Of a DNA stretch of 64,000 bases, positions 9,678 to 21,000 are shown one piece after another. Position numbers and translations under genes: made by a program. The DNA lies in contig CAXIAX010000003.1 in assembly GCA_964021785.1 (NCBI GenBank), positions 1,491 to 65,490 on the forward strand, read 5' to 3'. Source of the DNA: an uncultured Flavobacteriales bacterium (GTDB taxonomy: Bacteria > Bacteroidota > Bacteroidia > Flavobacteriales_D > CAJJDF01). How positions within the stretch are numbered: position 1 is the stretch's first letter; every line of letters begins with the position of its first letter. The notes below the pieces were generated by a model. The model was not told the DNA's origin. It saw only the letters and a list, made by a program, of their open reading frames with translations, and ran no database searches.

Positions 9678-10939
9678 TGAGTGATTTTTCTATTATTTGG
9701 GATATTTCCAAAACTCATCTTGTTTCTAAAAAAAAGCAAACCATTGTGGCAGCACTTGGTGTTACTTTTGGTATAGGAATGTTCATTATTATGATGAGTT
9801 TTATGACAGGACTAAATATACTACTAGATGGATTAGTACTTAATAGAACTCCACACGTACAAATTTACAACAAAACAGATCCTACTGTAATTCAACCCTC
9901 TGATAGTTATTTTGGTTATTCAACAAACGAAAATTACATTCATTCCATTAAACCAAAAAGCCGTCTGGACAGAATACATAATGCTTTGCCTATTTTATCT
10001 GAATTGAAAAAAAATAAATTGGTAAAAGGAGCTACAGCACAAGCAACTTGCAAGGTCTTTTATTTGGCAGGTTCCAATAATTTGAATGGAATTATCAATG
10101 GAATTGAAGTGCAGGAAGAATCTCGCCTATTTAATTTTAAAGATTACATTGTAGAGGGAGATGTGAACAGTTTGATAAAAAAGAAAAACAGTATTCTATT
10201 GGGTGCAGGAATAGCTAAAAAACTTTCTCTATCGGTAGGTGACAACATACAAGTACTGAATACAAGTGGAGCAAATTTCACTCTTACTATTGGAGGAATT
10301 TACCAAAGTGGAATGGCAGAAGTAGACGATATACAAAGTTTTGTGAACTTAAAAATGGCTCAACAAATATTGGGTGCCGGAGGAAATTATATTAGTAGAA
10401 TTCATGTGAAACTTAATAATATTGAACAAGCCGTAGCTTTTTCGAAAATTATAGAGAATCTTTATGATGTAAAAGCCTTAGATATAAATACTGCTAACGC
10501 ACAATTTGATACAGGATCAAGCATTAGAACCCTTATCTCCTATGCCGTTTCTATTACATTACTGATAGTTGCAGGATTTGGAATTTACAACATTCTAAAT
10601 ATGTTCATTTATGAAAAAATGAATGATATAGCAATTTTAAAAGCCACAGGGTTTACTGGAAAAGATGTGATGTACATATTTATTGTTCAAGCTCTTATCA
10701 TTGGTTTAATTGGGGCTGGATTGGGTATTGGTATTGGATATGGAGTATCTGTACTTATTGATAATATCCCATTTAATACCGAAGCTTTACCCACAATAAA
10801 AACCTACCCAATAAACTACGACCCATTCTTTTACATTACAGGATTATCTTTTGCTTTAGTGTCTACTTTTTTGGCGGGATATTTACCTGCAAGAAAAGCT
10901 CAAAAAATAGATCCTGTAGAAATAATAAGAGGACAATAA
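9677..10939 (+). CDS. ABC transporter permease, FtsX/MacB-LolC type
   Basis: 420 aa. One N-terminal TM, a large periplasmic domain, and three C-terminal TMs ending in LAGYLPARKAQKIDPVEIIRG. Confidence 0.85.
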   Translation: MSDFSIIWDISKTHLVSKKKQTIVAALGVTFGIGMFIIMMSFMTGLNILLDGLVLNRTPHVQIYNKTDPTVIQPSDSYFGYSTNENYIHSIKPKSRLDRIHNALPILSELKKNKLVKGATAQATCKVFYLAGSNNLNGIINGIEVQEESRLFNFKDYIVEGDVNSLIKKKNSILLGAGIAKKLSLSVGDNIQVLNTSGANFTLTIGGIYQSGMAEVDDIQSFVNLKMAQQILGAGGNYISRIHVKLNNIEQAVAFSKIIENLYDVKALDINTANAQFDTGSSIRTLISYAVSITLLIVAGFGIYNILNMFIYEKMNDIAILKATGFTGKDVMYIFIVQALIIGLIGAGLGIGIGYGVSVLIDNIPFNTEALPTIKTYPINYDPFFYITGLSFALVSTFLAGYLPARKAQKIDPVEIIRGQ

Positions 10940-11622
10940 TGGATGCCATGAAACCAATATTAGAAACCAAAAATATTAATAAATTCTTTTTAGAACCTGT
11001 TAAATTTCATGTTCTTAAAGACATTACTTTGCAGCTTCAAAACAAAGAGTTTGTTTCGATAATGGGAAAGTCTGGGTGTGGTAAATCTACTTTATTGTAC
11101 ATTCTTTCTACTCTCGACACTAGTTATGAAGGCGATTTAATAATTGATGGAGAAAATGTTTCTCATCAATCGCAAGATAGTTTAGCACGAATACGAAATG
11201 AGAATATTGGTTTTATTTTTCAGTTTCACTATCTCTTACCGGAATTTACTGTGCTTAAAAACATCATGCTTCCTGCATTGAAACTAGGGAAATATAGCAA
11301 GAAAGAAATAGAGCATAATGCCTACCAGAAACTAGAAATATTGGGGTTGCAAGACCAAGCCTTGAAAAGAGCCTCTCGTCTATCTGGTGGACAAAAACAA
11401 AGAGTTGCTATTGCACGTTCTTTAATAAATAACCCAAAAATAATAATGGGAGACGAACCTACAGGAAATCTTGATAGCAAAAATGCCAATATAGTATTTG
11501 ATGTATTAAGAGAGCTGAGTTCAGAAATGGACATGTCTATGCTTATAGTTACCCACGATCATGATTTTGCAAAAAAAACAGACCGTATTATAGAAATGGA
11601 AGATGGATATATTATATCCTAA
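10939..11622 (+). CDS. ABC transporter ATP-binding protein (MacB/LolD type)
   Basis: Walker A GKSGCGKST, signature LSGGQKQRVAIARSL, Walker B IIMGDEPTGNLD. Confidence 0.9.
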   Translation: MDAMKPILETKNINKFFLEPVKFHVLKDITLQLQNKEFVSIMGKSGCGKSTLLYILSTLDTSYEGDLIIDGENVSHQSQDSLARIRNENIGFIFQFHYLLPEFTVLKNIMLPALKLGKYSKKEIEHNAYQKLEILGLQDQALKRASRLSGGQKQRVAIARSLINNPKIIMGDEPTGNLDSKNANIVFDVLRELSSEMDMSMLIVTHDHDFAKKTDRIIEMEDGYIIS

Positions 11623-11649
11623 ATAAATGATTAACAAAAACAGTAACCA

Positions 11650-12540
11650 ATGAAATTTGTAGACTATTATAAAATATTAGGGTTAAAAAAAACGGCTACG
11701 GAAAGCGAAATTAAAAAAGCTTACCGCAAATTAGCACGTAAATATCATCCAGATTTAAATCCTGACGATAAAGTTTCTGAAAGCAAATTTAAAGAGCTGA
11801 ATGAAGCGAATGAAGTCTTGAGTAATCCCGAGAACAGAAAGAAATACGATAAGTATGGAAAAGATTGGGAACATGGCGAAGAGTTTGAAAAAGCACAAAG
11901 GCAACAGCAATCTCAAAGGCAACAACAATCTAATGCAGGTGGAGCTGGTGGATTTTCTGATTCTGATTTTTCTGATTATTTCGAATCTATGTTTGGAGGA
12001 AGAGCTTCTTCTGGGAGAAGTAGCAGAAAATTTAAAGGACAAGATTTTAATGCCGAACTTCAGTTGAGCTTAAAAGATGTGTACGAAACTCAAAAACAAG
12101 TTTTAACTGTAAATAACTCAAAAATAAGACTTACAATACCTGCAGGTGTTGAAAACGGGCAAGTAATAAAAATAGCAGGAAAAGGTGAAAAAGGAGTTAA
12201 TGGAGGACCAAATGGAGATTTATACATTAAGTTTTCTATTAAAAATGATACCCAATTCAAGCGCGAAGGAAATAATTTACACACTACCGTAGAGTTAGAT
12301 TTATACACTTCAATCTTAGGTGGAGAAAAAGTAATTGATACTTTTAATGGAAAAGTAAAACTAAAAATTGCTCCAGAAACACCAACAGATACCAAAGTAA
12401 AATTGAAAGGAAAAGGATTTCCTGTGTATAAAAAAGAAAATCAGTTTGGGGATTTAATTATTACTTACCGCATTACAATTCCTACAAAACTGACCGAAAA
12501 AGAAAAAGAATTATTTCAAGAACTTCAAAAATTAAGATAA
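11650..12540 (+). CDS. cbpA: J-domain co-chaperone, CbpA-like (no zinc-finger domain)
   Basis: J domain [31 protein letters not shown], a Q/G-rich linker and a DnaJ C-terminal domain. No CxxCxGxG repeats. Confidence 0.85.
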   Translation: MKFVDYYKILGLKKTATESEIKKAYRKLARKYHPDLNPDDKVSESKFKELNEANEVLSNPENRKKYDKYGKDWEHGEEFEKAQRQQQSQRQQQSNAGGAGGFSDSDFSDYFESMFGGRASSGRSSRKFKGQDFNAELQLSLKDVYETQKQVLTVNNSKIRLTIPAGVENGQVIKIAGKGEKGVNGGPNGDLYIKFSIKNDTQFKREGNNLHTTVELDLYTSILGGEKVIDTFNGKVKLKIAPETPTDTKVKLKGKGFPVYKKENQFGDLIITYRITIPTKLTEKEKELFQELQKLR

Positions 12541-12541
12541 T

Positions 12542-12832
12542 ATGGAAATGCAAGAATTAATATTAGTCGAAACACTATGTACGCACTACAAAATAGAAGT
12601 CTCATTTTTTGATGAACTAGAGAATATTGGGCTTTTACATATTGAAATTTATGAAGAAAAAAGATTCATTCGCCAAGATAAAATAAGTGATTTGGAGAAA
12701 ATGATTCGCCTTCATAATGAGCTAAATGTAAATCTAGAAGGGATAGATGTTGTCTTCAATTTATTAGAAAAAGAAAGAAACTTGAGAAATGAATTGAATA
12801 CCGTAAAAAACAGATTAAAACTTTACGAATAA
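12542..12832 (+). CDS. cbpM: chaperone modulator CbpM-like (MerR-type fold)
   Basis: 96 aa, starting 1 nt after the cbpA stop. FCxHxxI...RLHNELNVNLEGIDVVFNLL follows the CbpM pattern. Confidence 0.75.
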   Translation: MEMQELILVETLCTHYKIEVSFFDELENIGLLHIEIYEEKRFIRQDKISDLEKMIRLHNELNVNLEGIDVVFNLLEKERNLRNELNTVKNRLKLYE

Positions 12833-12916
12833 GTCTTGAGGAAAAAAAATACAATCTGAATTGGATAATAAATAATGCTTTGGACTTGTTGTGCACAACA
12901 ATAATTTCAAAACAGT

Positions 12917-12924
12917 TACCTTTG
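12917..12924 (+). promoter_or_regulatory. -7 box TAnnTTTG upstream of the YkgJ-like gene
   Basis: tacctttg lies 21 nt before ATG 12945. Confidence 0.4.
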
Positions 12925-12944
12925 TAACTTCAATAACTCCAATA

Positions 12945-13802
12945 ATGATTACAACTAAACTCAACCCAGAAGATAAATTACCTCTTACTTGCTCCCGAAC
13001 AGGAACATGTTGCCATGGTAAAACTGTGTGGCTAAACCCTTGGGAGTTGGCTTTAATTGCACGAGAAAAAAAAATATCTCGTTCGGAGTTTATTGATTTG
13101 TATTGCGATTTTGGCGGAATTAAACTGAAATTTGAAGGAGAAAAAGGATGGAAAGAAATGAAATCTTGTAGCCAATATATTCCAAATTTTGGATGTAGTG
13201 TGCACCTTGGTCGTCCTTTGGCTTGCCGTTTATATCCCCTTGGAAGACAAATACAAAGCGAAAAAGTACATTATATTCACGAAGGAAAAGAATTTCCATG
13301 TTTGGAAGGTTGCCCTGAAGTTGTGAACTTACCTTTTATGACTGTTGGCGAATACATTCACGATCAATCTGCAGGAGAATTTGAAAACTCTCAAGACCTT
13401 CACCTTGAATTAATGCAAAAACTAGCAGATATTGCTTTTGAATTATTTCTGGATACAGGTTTAGCTCAATCTGGCGATACTGAGACTTTGCAAGAGTGGA
13501 CAAAGCTGGGTGATTTAACTCCTGACGAATTAAATTTGAAAATAGGTAAAGATTGGCTAAAGGCTCTTGTTCTTCCAGAAATTACTGAAATTGATAACGC
13601 CATTTCATTTACTTCAAAACATACCGAATTACTATTAACGAAAGCACAAGAACAATATGGTAGTCTTACCACTTTTAATGAAGTGAGAGATGCCTCTGTA
13701 CAAATTATGGGAGTTGCTCTTCAACTTTCTAGAAGTTTTGGTGCAGATCCTAAATCTTTATCTACCCATTGGGTAGAGACCGCTATAAGTCACTTGGGTT
13801 AA
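12945..13802 (+). CDS. YkgJ-family cysteine-cluster (zinc/iron-chelating) protein with C-terminal extension
   Basis: CSRTGTCCHG ... CSQY..FGCSVHLGRPLACRLYPLG cysteine pattern. Start moved to ATG 12945 because a TAccTTTG promoter box (12917-12924) lies inside the track ORF that starts at 12891. Confidence 0.65.
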   Translation: MITTKLNPEDKLPLTCSRTGTCCHGKTVWLNPWELALIAREKKISRSEFIDLYCDFGGIKLKFEGEKGWKEMKSCSQYIPNFGCSVHLGRPLACRLYPLGRQIQSEKVHYIHEGKEFPCLEGCPEVVNLPFMTVGEYIHDQSAGEFENSQDLHLELMQKLADIAFELFLDTGLAQSGDTETLQEWTKLGDLTPDELNLKIGKDWLKALVLPEITEIDNAISFTSKHTELLLTKAQEQYGSLTTFNEVRDASVQIMGVALQLSRSFGADPKSLSTHWVETAISHLG

Positions 13803-13810
13803 ACGCAAAA

Positions 13811-13845
13811 AAAAAAGCTACTTGAATTTCAAGTAGCTTTTTTTT
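13811..13845. terminator. bidirectional rho-independent terminator between convergent genes
   Basis: aaaaaagctacttgaatttcaagtagctttttt: a perfect ~10-bp palindromic stem flanked by an A-run and a T-run. Confidence 0.85.
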
Positions 13846-13863
13846 ATTTGTTATAAAGAGAGC

Positions 13864-16116
13864 TTATCTCATTAATGTCATTTCATCAACTATATGCTTA
13901 GCTCCTGCATATTTATCAATGATAAATAATGTGTATCTAATATCTACAGAAATTGTTCTTTGAACTTTACTTTCAAAAGAAATATCTCCACTCATTGCTT
14001 CCCAGTTTCCGTCAAATGCTGTTCCAATTAAGTAACCATTACCATCAATAACTGGTGATCCAGAGTTACCTCCTGTAATATCGTTATCTGATAAGAAATT
14101 TACTCTTAGTTTACCATCTTCATCAGCATACTGTCCGTAATCTTTGTTGTTATACAATTCCTTTAATCTTGCAGGAACTTCAAACTCTGGGTTTGATTTG
14201 TCTTCTTTTTCCATCAATCCTTCCATTGTAGTGTAGTAACTTCCCACTCCATCTTGGCTTTTTAATGTTTTAATTACTTTGTCGCTCATTTTGTAAGACA
14301 ATACGTTTCCATAAGTAAGTCTTTGTGTTGAGTTAGCATTTGGGTAAAAGCTTTTTTCTGGTTGCATTAATCTTATTCCTTCAACAAATAATTTATAACC
14401 TTCTTCCATTTTTTCTTCTGCTTCAGCAAATTTACTTGCCGATCCAAAATACATTGCTAAGAAATCATTAGCTGCAACTACAGCTTTATCTTCTTTTATA
14501 CCTTTTATAGATTTTCCTGCTTTTAATGAACTAATCAATTTATTCATTTTCTTTTCTTTTACGAAAGGAGACTTACAGAACATTTGTCTAGCATATCTTT
14601 TGAAATTTGCTTTTTTCACATCTGCAAAGAATGCAGGATGCTGTTCCTTATCTACATTAGTATAATACAAGTCAAATAAGTTAGCTACTAATTGCTTCTC
14701 TGTTTTTTCGTCATAATTTTTGAAATGCTCTTCAGCCAATGCTTCTAATCTTTCTGCTAATCCTGTAACAGTTTGTTGTTTTTGCTCAATTAGTTTTGCT
14801 TTCTTTTCTGCATCCGTTTCATTTTCAATTTCTTTATCCAATTTTTCAGATGCACTTTCTATTGCCCCTAAAATTCTACTAGATCTATAAGCAAACAATA
14901 CAAAATCAGGACCTCTAATTCCTGCTTCCATTACGTAAGTATTTCCTTTCACGTACTTATTAGTCATTTCATAATAATTACTAATATTCTTTAGAGCTTC
15001 ACCATACTTTTTAGTTCTTGCATCATCTTTTTCGTACCACTCAATAAATCTTTTTTCTAAAGCAGATTTCTTAGCAAAAACACCATTAGTTTGCAATTGT
15101 TCTGTTTGTCCTTGGTAGTATTTCCAGTAGTTTGCAGTTTGAGCATATTTAGCAGAATACTTAATATCTGTACTTACTTTTTTATCCATGTTTTGTTTCA
15201 TGGTAGCTAATTTCACATCTCTTACTTCTACAACAGTAGGCCCTTTAATATCTATTGCTTGTTTTACACCAAAAGAAGACAAATATCTATCTGTACTTCC
15301 TGGGTATCCCATAATCATTGCAAAATCACCTTCCTTCACCCCTTTCATGTTAATTGGTAAATGGTGCTTAGGTTCCAATGGAATGTTATCTGCAGAATAC
15401 TCTGCTGGTTTTCCATCTTGTCCTGAGTATACTCTAAACATAGAAAAATCTCCTGTGTGTCTTGGCCACATCCAGTTGTCTGTATCTCCTCCATATTTCC
15501 CAACACTTTCTGGTGGTGCTCCTACTAATCTTACATCATTGAATGTTTCATTTACAAACATGTAAAATTCACTTCCGTAATAAAAATCTTTGATGTATGC
15601 CGTGTAATGAGTTCCTTTAGTAGCTTCTTCTATAATTTCTTTTTTCAAAGAGGCAAGTCTTCCTTCCTTCTCTGTTTTTGTAGGAAGTTTAGCTAATTCT
15701 TTATTAATTCTTTCAGAAACATCTTCCATTCTTACAAGAAAAGTTACGAATAATCCTGGAACAGCTTTTTCATCTTTCTTTGTTTTTGCCCAAAATCCAT
15801 TTTTCAAAATGTTGTCTTCTGGAGTAGAAAATTGCTGAATTGATCCATAACCACAGTGGTGATTAGTCAACATTAGTCCTTGGTTAGAGATAATTTCTCC
15901 TGTACAAAAACCTCCCATAGATACAATTGCATCTTTAAGTGAAGAACTATTTACACTGTAAATTTCTTCTGCCGTTAGTTTTAACCCTTGTTTTTGCATG
16001 TCTGCAATGTTCAATCTCTTGACAAACATAGGTAACCACATTCCTTCGTTAGCATGTAAGCTAAAACTTGAAACTAGCATTGTTAGTGCTAATAAAATTG
16101 ATAAACTCTTTTTCAT
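13864..16116 (-). CDS. S46 family dipeptidyl-peptidase (DPP7/DPP11-like serine peptidase)
   Basis: ANEGMWLP after the signal peptide, TNHHCGY (His), and GNSGSPVIDGNGYLIGTAFDGNWE (Ser). Start set to MKKSLSILLAL (ATG 16114-16116) rather than the track start 16185. Confidence 0.9.
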   Translation of the reverse strand: MKKSLSILLALTMLVSSFSLHANEGMWLPMFVKRLNIADMQKQGLKLTAEEIYSVNSSSLKDAIVSMGGFCTGEIISNQGLMLTNHHCGYGSIQQFSTPEDNILKNGFWAKTKKDEKAVPGLFVTFLVRMEDVSERINKELAKLPTKTEKEGRLASLKKEIIEEATKGTHYTAYIKDFYYGSEFYMFVNETFNDVRLVGAPPESVGKYGGDTDNWMWPRHTGDFSMFRVYSGQDGKPAEYSADNIPLEPKHHLPINMKGVKEGDFAMIMGYPGSTDRYLSSFGVKQAIDIKGPTVVEVRDVKLATMKQNMDKKVSTDIKYSAKYAQTANYWKYYQGQTEQLQTNGVFAKKSALEKRFIEWYEKDDARTKKYGEALKNISNYYEMTNKYVKGNTYVMEAGIRGPDFVLFAYRSSRILGAIESASEKLDKEIENETDAEKKAKLIEQKQQTVTGLAERLEALAEEHFKNYDEKTEKQLVANLFDLYYTNVDKEQHPAFFADVKKANFKRYARQMFCKSPFVKEKKMNKLISSLKAGKSIKGIKEDKAVVAANDFLAMYFGSASKFAEAEEKMEEGYKLFVEGIRLMQPEKSFYPNANSTQRLTYGNVLSYKMSDKVIKTLKSQDGVGSYYTTMEGLMEKEDKSNPEFEVPARLKELYNNKDYGQYADEDGKLRVNFLSDNDITGGNSGSPVIDGNGYLIGTAFDGNWEAMSGDISFESKVQRTISVDIRYTLFIIDKYAGAKHIVDEMTLMR

Positions 16117-16234
16117 TTGTTGTTTTATTTTTTTGTTATTTTTAGGAATACTAAAGTAATAAAAATTAACCTCAACTGTTGTCATTTTATTTGAATGGTT
16201 TTTAAAAATTACGAATGGCTCTAATTACACATTA

Positions 16235-16609
16235 ATGAATTTAAATCAAATAACGGTTCCTACTCTAGATATTTCTACTTCTATTGACTTTTACACCAAA
16301 CTTGGCTTAACATTAATCGTCCATTCTTCTGATGAGTATGCTCGGTTTGTATGTCCTGATGGAAACAGTACTTTTTCAGTTCAAAAAGTAAAACAATTAC
16401 ATCCTACCGGCATAAAAGTATATTTTGAAGTAAAAGAACTGGATCAAAAAGTGGAGCAATTGATAAAACAAGGAATTAATATTGATGATTTACCCGAAGA
16501 CAAAGCTTGGCTATGGCGAGAGTCTTACTTAAAAGACCCTGATGGAAATCAAATTATTTTGTATTTTGCGGGAGATAATAGAATAAATCCTCCTTGGAGA
16601 ATTAAATAA
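16235..16609 (+). CDS. VOC (glyoxalase/bleomycin-resistance) family protein
   Basis: 124 aa. Paired beta-alpha-beta-beta-beta pattern ending in LKDPDGNQIILY. Confidence 0.75.
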   Translation: MNLNQITVPTLDISTSIDFYTKLGLTLIVHSSDEYARFVCPDGNSTFSVQKVKQLHPTGIKVYFEVKELDQKVEQLIKQGINIDDLPEDKAWLWRESYLKDPDGNQIILYFAGDNRINPPWRIK

Positions 16610-16616
16610 TAAAATC

Positions 16617-17051
16617 ATGAAATATACTGCTAGCATTGTAATTGAGAAACCTATAGATGAAATTGCAAAATTATTTTTGGATCCAGAGAATTTACACAAA
16701 TGGATGGAAGGACTAGTTTCTGTGGATTTATATGAAGGTACTGCAGGAAAAAGAGGAGCAAAAAGTAAATTACATTTTATACACGGAAATCGAAAAATGG
16801 ATATGCTAGAAACAATTCTAGAAATTGATATGCCAAACAGAATGGTGGTTACTTATGAATCTAAAGGTATGAGCAACATTATTTTTTCTTCTTTAGAAAA
16901 AATTGACAAAAACAGAACAAATTACAACACCAAACAAGAGTTTAAAATGTATGGTTTTATGAAAGTTGTTGCTTTTTTAGCTCCAGCCATGTTCAAAAAA
17001 CAAACGAATAAAATCTTAACAAATTTCAAGAATTTTGCCGAACAGCAGTAA
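16617..17051 (+). CDS. SRPBCC (START/Bet v1-like) family protein
   Basis: 144 aa. ASIVIEKPIDEIAKLFLDPENLHKWMEG is a typical N-terminus for this fold. Confidence 0.6.
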   Translation: MKYTASIVIEKPIDEIAKLFLDPENLHKWMEGLVSVDLYEGTAGKRGAKSKLHFIHGNRKMDMLETILEIDMPNRMVVTYESKGMSNIIFSSLEKIDKNRTNYNTKQEFKMYGFMKVVAFLAPAMFKKQTNKILTNFKNFAEQQ

Positions 17052-17058
17052 TTTTAAT

Positions 17059-18048
17059 TTACATCACTAAGAATCTTAATGTAAATTCTATTCCCCCTAC
17101 TGAGCTAGATGCTTCAATCAATGGAGATACATTTACATCATAACTTACACCAAACTGAAAATTATCGTAAGTCATATTGAAGGTAGGAACAAATGCATCA
17201 TTAGGAATTCTGTAATAACCTCCTACTGAAAAATAAAGTCTGTCGAAATATCCCGTGTACAAACTCCCTTGTCTCACAATAATTTTGTACATCATACCTA
17301 GTACAATTTCTTTCTCTTTTCCTTTCAGTTGAAATAAAACGTAAGGCTCTATTTCTGATCTATTATTATTTATTACATAAGTCGCACTCCCAGTCAATGC
17401 ATATCGGCTATATTCAGGATCACCTCCGTTATATACCAATCCTCCACCGGTTGCATGATATAAAGAAGCTCCAAAATTCAATTTGGTTAATGTATTCGAG
17501 AACCCATTTCTTTCTGATATATCGTAATTCCACATTAATCCAGCACCAACATCAAAATTCATAAAAGGGGCAAATAATGCCTGTTCACCAGAAGCTAAAT
17601 TAGGATCAAATTCTTTTCCGTTATATTGATTAGCCCATTCTGCTTTTGATTCATCTATACTATGTTGAGTTATTCCCAATTGTAATGCTCCACTCAAATG
17701 ACTATGTTTTGTTATCCTTTGGTGATAAGCGGCAGCAAAATCTGCTTGTAGCTTTGTTAAACTCAATTCTCCTGCTTGATCTCTATTTAAGATTAAACCT
17801 AAACCAATAGCATTAGTTCCTACATCCATTTTATAATCTGCGCTCAATCCTATAGTTTGAAATGACTTTCCTATGGTAGGCCATTGATTTCTATATTGAG
17901 TAGTAGCTCTAAATTTAGCTATAGATGAACCTACAGATGCTATAGAAGTATTCATATTATTAAAGCTTAAGTTACTAAAATGAATATCCTGTGCCTTTAA
18001 GCAATTGTTTAGGGCTAGTAGTACTATTAGTGTAAATATCTTTTTCAT
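17059..18048 (-). CDS. type IX secretion system membrane protein, PorP/SprF family
   Basis: Signal peptide followed by AQDIHFSN, then YRNQWPTIGKSFQTIGLSADYK, and a beta-barrel-like alternation to a C-terminal F. It starts 11 nt downstream of the type B CTD cargo gene. Confidence 0.85.
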   Translation of the reverse strand: MKKIFTLIVLLALNNCLKAQDIHFSNLSFNNMNTSIASVGSSIAKFRATTQYRNQWPTIGKSFQTIGLSADYKMDVGTNAIGLGLILNRDQAGELSLTKLQADFAAAYHQRITKHSHLSGALQLGITQHSIDESKAEWANQYNGKEFDPNLASGEQALFAPFMNFDVGAGLMWNYDISERNGFSNTLTKLNFGASLYHATGGGLVYNGGDPEYSRYALTGSATYVINNNRSEIEPYVLFQLKGKEKEIVLGMMYKIIVRQGSLYTGYFDRLYFSVGGYYRIPNDAFVPTFNMTYDNFQFGVSYDVNVSPLIEASSSVGGIEFTLRFLVM

Positions 18049-18058
18049 AGTTCCAATT

Positions 18059-21000
18059 TTATCTTCTTATTACCGTTACGGTCCCTTTATCTTCAAATGA
18101 AGTTCCATCTACAAATTTTCCTGACACAAAATACACAAAAACTCCTTGATTCACTAATTGTCCTTTGTAAGTTCCATCCCATCCGTCTCCAGGAGAGGTA
18201 GTTCTAAATACTATATTCCCCCATCTATTAAAAACTGAGAATTCTAATTTCTCTATTCCATTTCCTTCTACCCTAAGCACATCATTTTCTCCGTTTCCAT
18301 CTGGAGAGAATATATTAGGAACAAAAATATTATAATTACAATCTGGTGTTGTTACATTTAATACCGTAATAGTTTCTTTAGCAAAACACCCATTTACATC
18401 TGTTACAGTTAAAGTGTAATTTCCTTTTTTTAGTCCAATTAAATCCTCTGTTGTTTCTCCCGTGCTCCATACATAATTGATGGTTGGTGTTCCACCAAAA
18501 ACAGAAATATCTATTTCTCCGCTTCCTTCGTCACATTCATCTTCTGTTACTGTATTATTGATTGTTGGTGCAGAAAACACCTCTACAATAGCTGAATCTG
18601 TAACGCCACAAGCCCCAGGACCTTTATAGGTAACTACGTGTATTCCCATTCCTGAAGTTACAGGATTAAAAACTCCCGAAATAGAATCTATTCCTGGGCC
18701 TCCCCATCTCCCTCCCATAGGTGTTGCCATGAAAGTAACGGGAGCGGCATCTTGACACATATCAGCTGTAAAAGTTATAGTACCTGGTGTTAATGGATTT
18801 ATTAATAAATTGGTATTTATAATGCTATCACATCCCAAAGCTGTGACAATGGTATCTCTATAAATTCCTGTAGCTCCATAGGTATTAGTTCCTACGGCTA
18901 CAGTTTGTCCTGCACACAAAGAAAAAGTTTGTGTTATGTTAGAACTAGAACCCAAGGTAAGACTAGTAACAATAATGCTATCACAACCATTTGATGCTGA
19001 CAAGGTGTCTCTGTATATGCCCGAAACCGTTACGGAGGTTCCTCCTGGCAAAGTATAATTATCGCAGGCACTCACTGTTGATGATGTGCTTGTTGCTGTT
19101 AAGATTGTTAAATTAATTGAAATCACACTGTCACAACCTCCTGAATTTGGTATAGTATCCATATACGTTCCTGTTGCTGTAAATGATTTTCCACTTGGTG
19201 AAATATAAGTTCCGCATGCTACTTGGGTTATAGTAGAAGAACTTTCTGTTGTGATTGAAACATTATAATTTACAAGGCTATCACATCCTTTACTAGAAAC
19301 TAAAGTATCGGCATAAACCCCATTAGTATAAACAATATTCCCGTTAGACAGAGTAAAAGAATCGCAGGTAATTATTGGAGTATTTATTACGTAAGAATTA
19401 TTTATCAATAAATCCAATACATATATGGTATCACATCCTATTGAACTTACTGTGTCGTAATGTAATCCCGAAACTGTTCTAGATTTTAATCTCCACACCA
19501 AAGAATCACATGCTGTATCTGCTTGATTTATGTATGTGGTAGTTGATAGAGTAAGGTTTATTGTCATTAAACTATCACAACCTGCTGCGCTTGGAATTGT
19601 ATCTTGGTAAGTTCCTGAAATCTTCCATATTTTACCCGAAGGAGAAATTAAACTATCACAAGCAGTTAATGATTGTGTAGATGTAATAGCGTTTTGAGTT
19701 GTTAAATTAATTGTTGTAATACTACCACAGTTTGAACTAGAATTCCCTACTCCCCTAACTACAATTTCATCTACTGCAAATCCTGGCGTAACTCCCAATC
19801 CATTTATATTATTGAAACCTACAGCAAACCTTAATGTTGGTTGATTTGCAAAAACAGAATCTACAAGGCTAAAATGCGACCAATTTTGTCCTCCATTATT
19901 AATTTGCCCTCCTATTCTTGTCCATGTTACTCCTGAGTTTAAACTATAATAGAGTCTTCCGTAAGATCCTCTACACAAATAATACATATCAAACGACACT
20001 AATGATTTTCCCACAGTAGATATATCATTGGTCATTTTACTGAAATTTAATCCATTTTGACCGCCAAGTAAAACTATATTACCATCTATATAATTTGAAT
20101 TGGTTATAGAAGGAAAAGATAAAATTGCAGAACGCCTGTTGTGTATATGAAGGTATGTACTATTTATATTTCCCGTGACTGCAGCATCTTGATTAGGCGT
20201 ATTTACAATTGGAGATCCAAATACATTCCCTCCTAAATAGCTGTTATTAATTATCCAAGCATTATCTGATGCTCCTGGAGTAATCGCATTGGTATCATTT
20301 GTATTTAAAGTAAAACTACTTGTTGCTCCTTCAAAATCTTCGGAATAAATAACATTACTGCCTATGCTTCCTGCCGCAGTATCATAATAAGTTCCTGTAG
20401 TTTTTACGACTGTTCCATTAGATAAAATGATAGAGTCTCCAAAACATAAATTAGTATCTAAAGTAATTCTCTCTATCGTATCAATAATTAGGTGAGTAAG
20501 TATTACACTATCACATCCCAAAGTGGTAGTTAATGTATCTCCGTATATTCCGGAAACAGTATAAGTACTTCCCAAAGGAGTGGTATAGCTGTTGCAGGCA
20601 GTTACCATTACATTACTTAAAGTACTTTTATTTACTGTTAAATAATACTCAACTAAACTATCACACCCCTTGGAGTTAGGCATAGTATCTCTAAAAAATC
20701 CTGAGTTTTTATATACTTTCCCACTTCCAGAAACCATACTATCACAAACAGTTATCGTAGTAATGGATGAGGTAGTATTGTTAATCGTCAAAGGTGTTAT
20801 CTTGATTGTATCACAAGAACCTGTAGCTATTGTATCGTTTATATTTTGAGAAGAGTAATACCATTTAGTATTTATCTGTATACTATCACAGGCTATAATT
20901 GCTGGATTATTCACTATGGTAACATTAGAAATGGTGATATTTAAAGTCATTAAACTATCACATCCTTGCGAATTAGCAATTGTATCTTGATAAGTCCCTG

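Noticed and set aside
8586-11622. HlyD + permease + ABC ATPase as a bacteriocin/RiPP export system
   Set aside because: The permease is the FtsX/MacB type with a separate ATPase, and there is no C39 peptidase domain. No precursor-peptide-like small ORFs or modification enzymes are adjacent. It is best read as a MacAB/Lol-like efflux system.
16117-16185. N-terminal extension of the S46 peptidase in the ORF track (also 12891-12944, 26947-27006, 33952-33984, 39014-39211, 43607-43612)
   Set aside because: In each case an internal ATG begins a proper signal peptide or conserved N-terminus. The extension lacks such features, overlaps a neighbouring gene or promoter box, or starts at a non-ATG codon.
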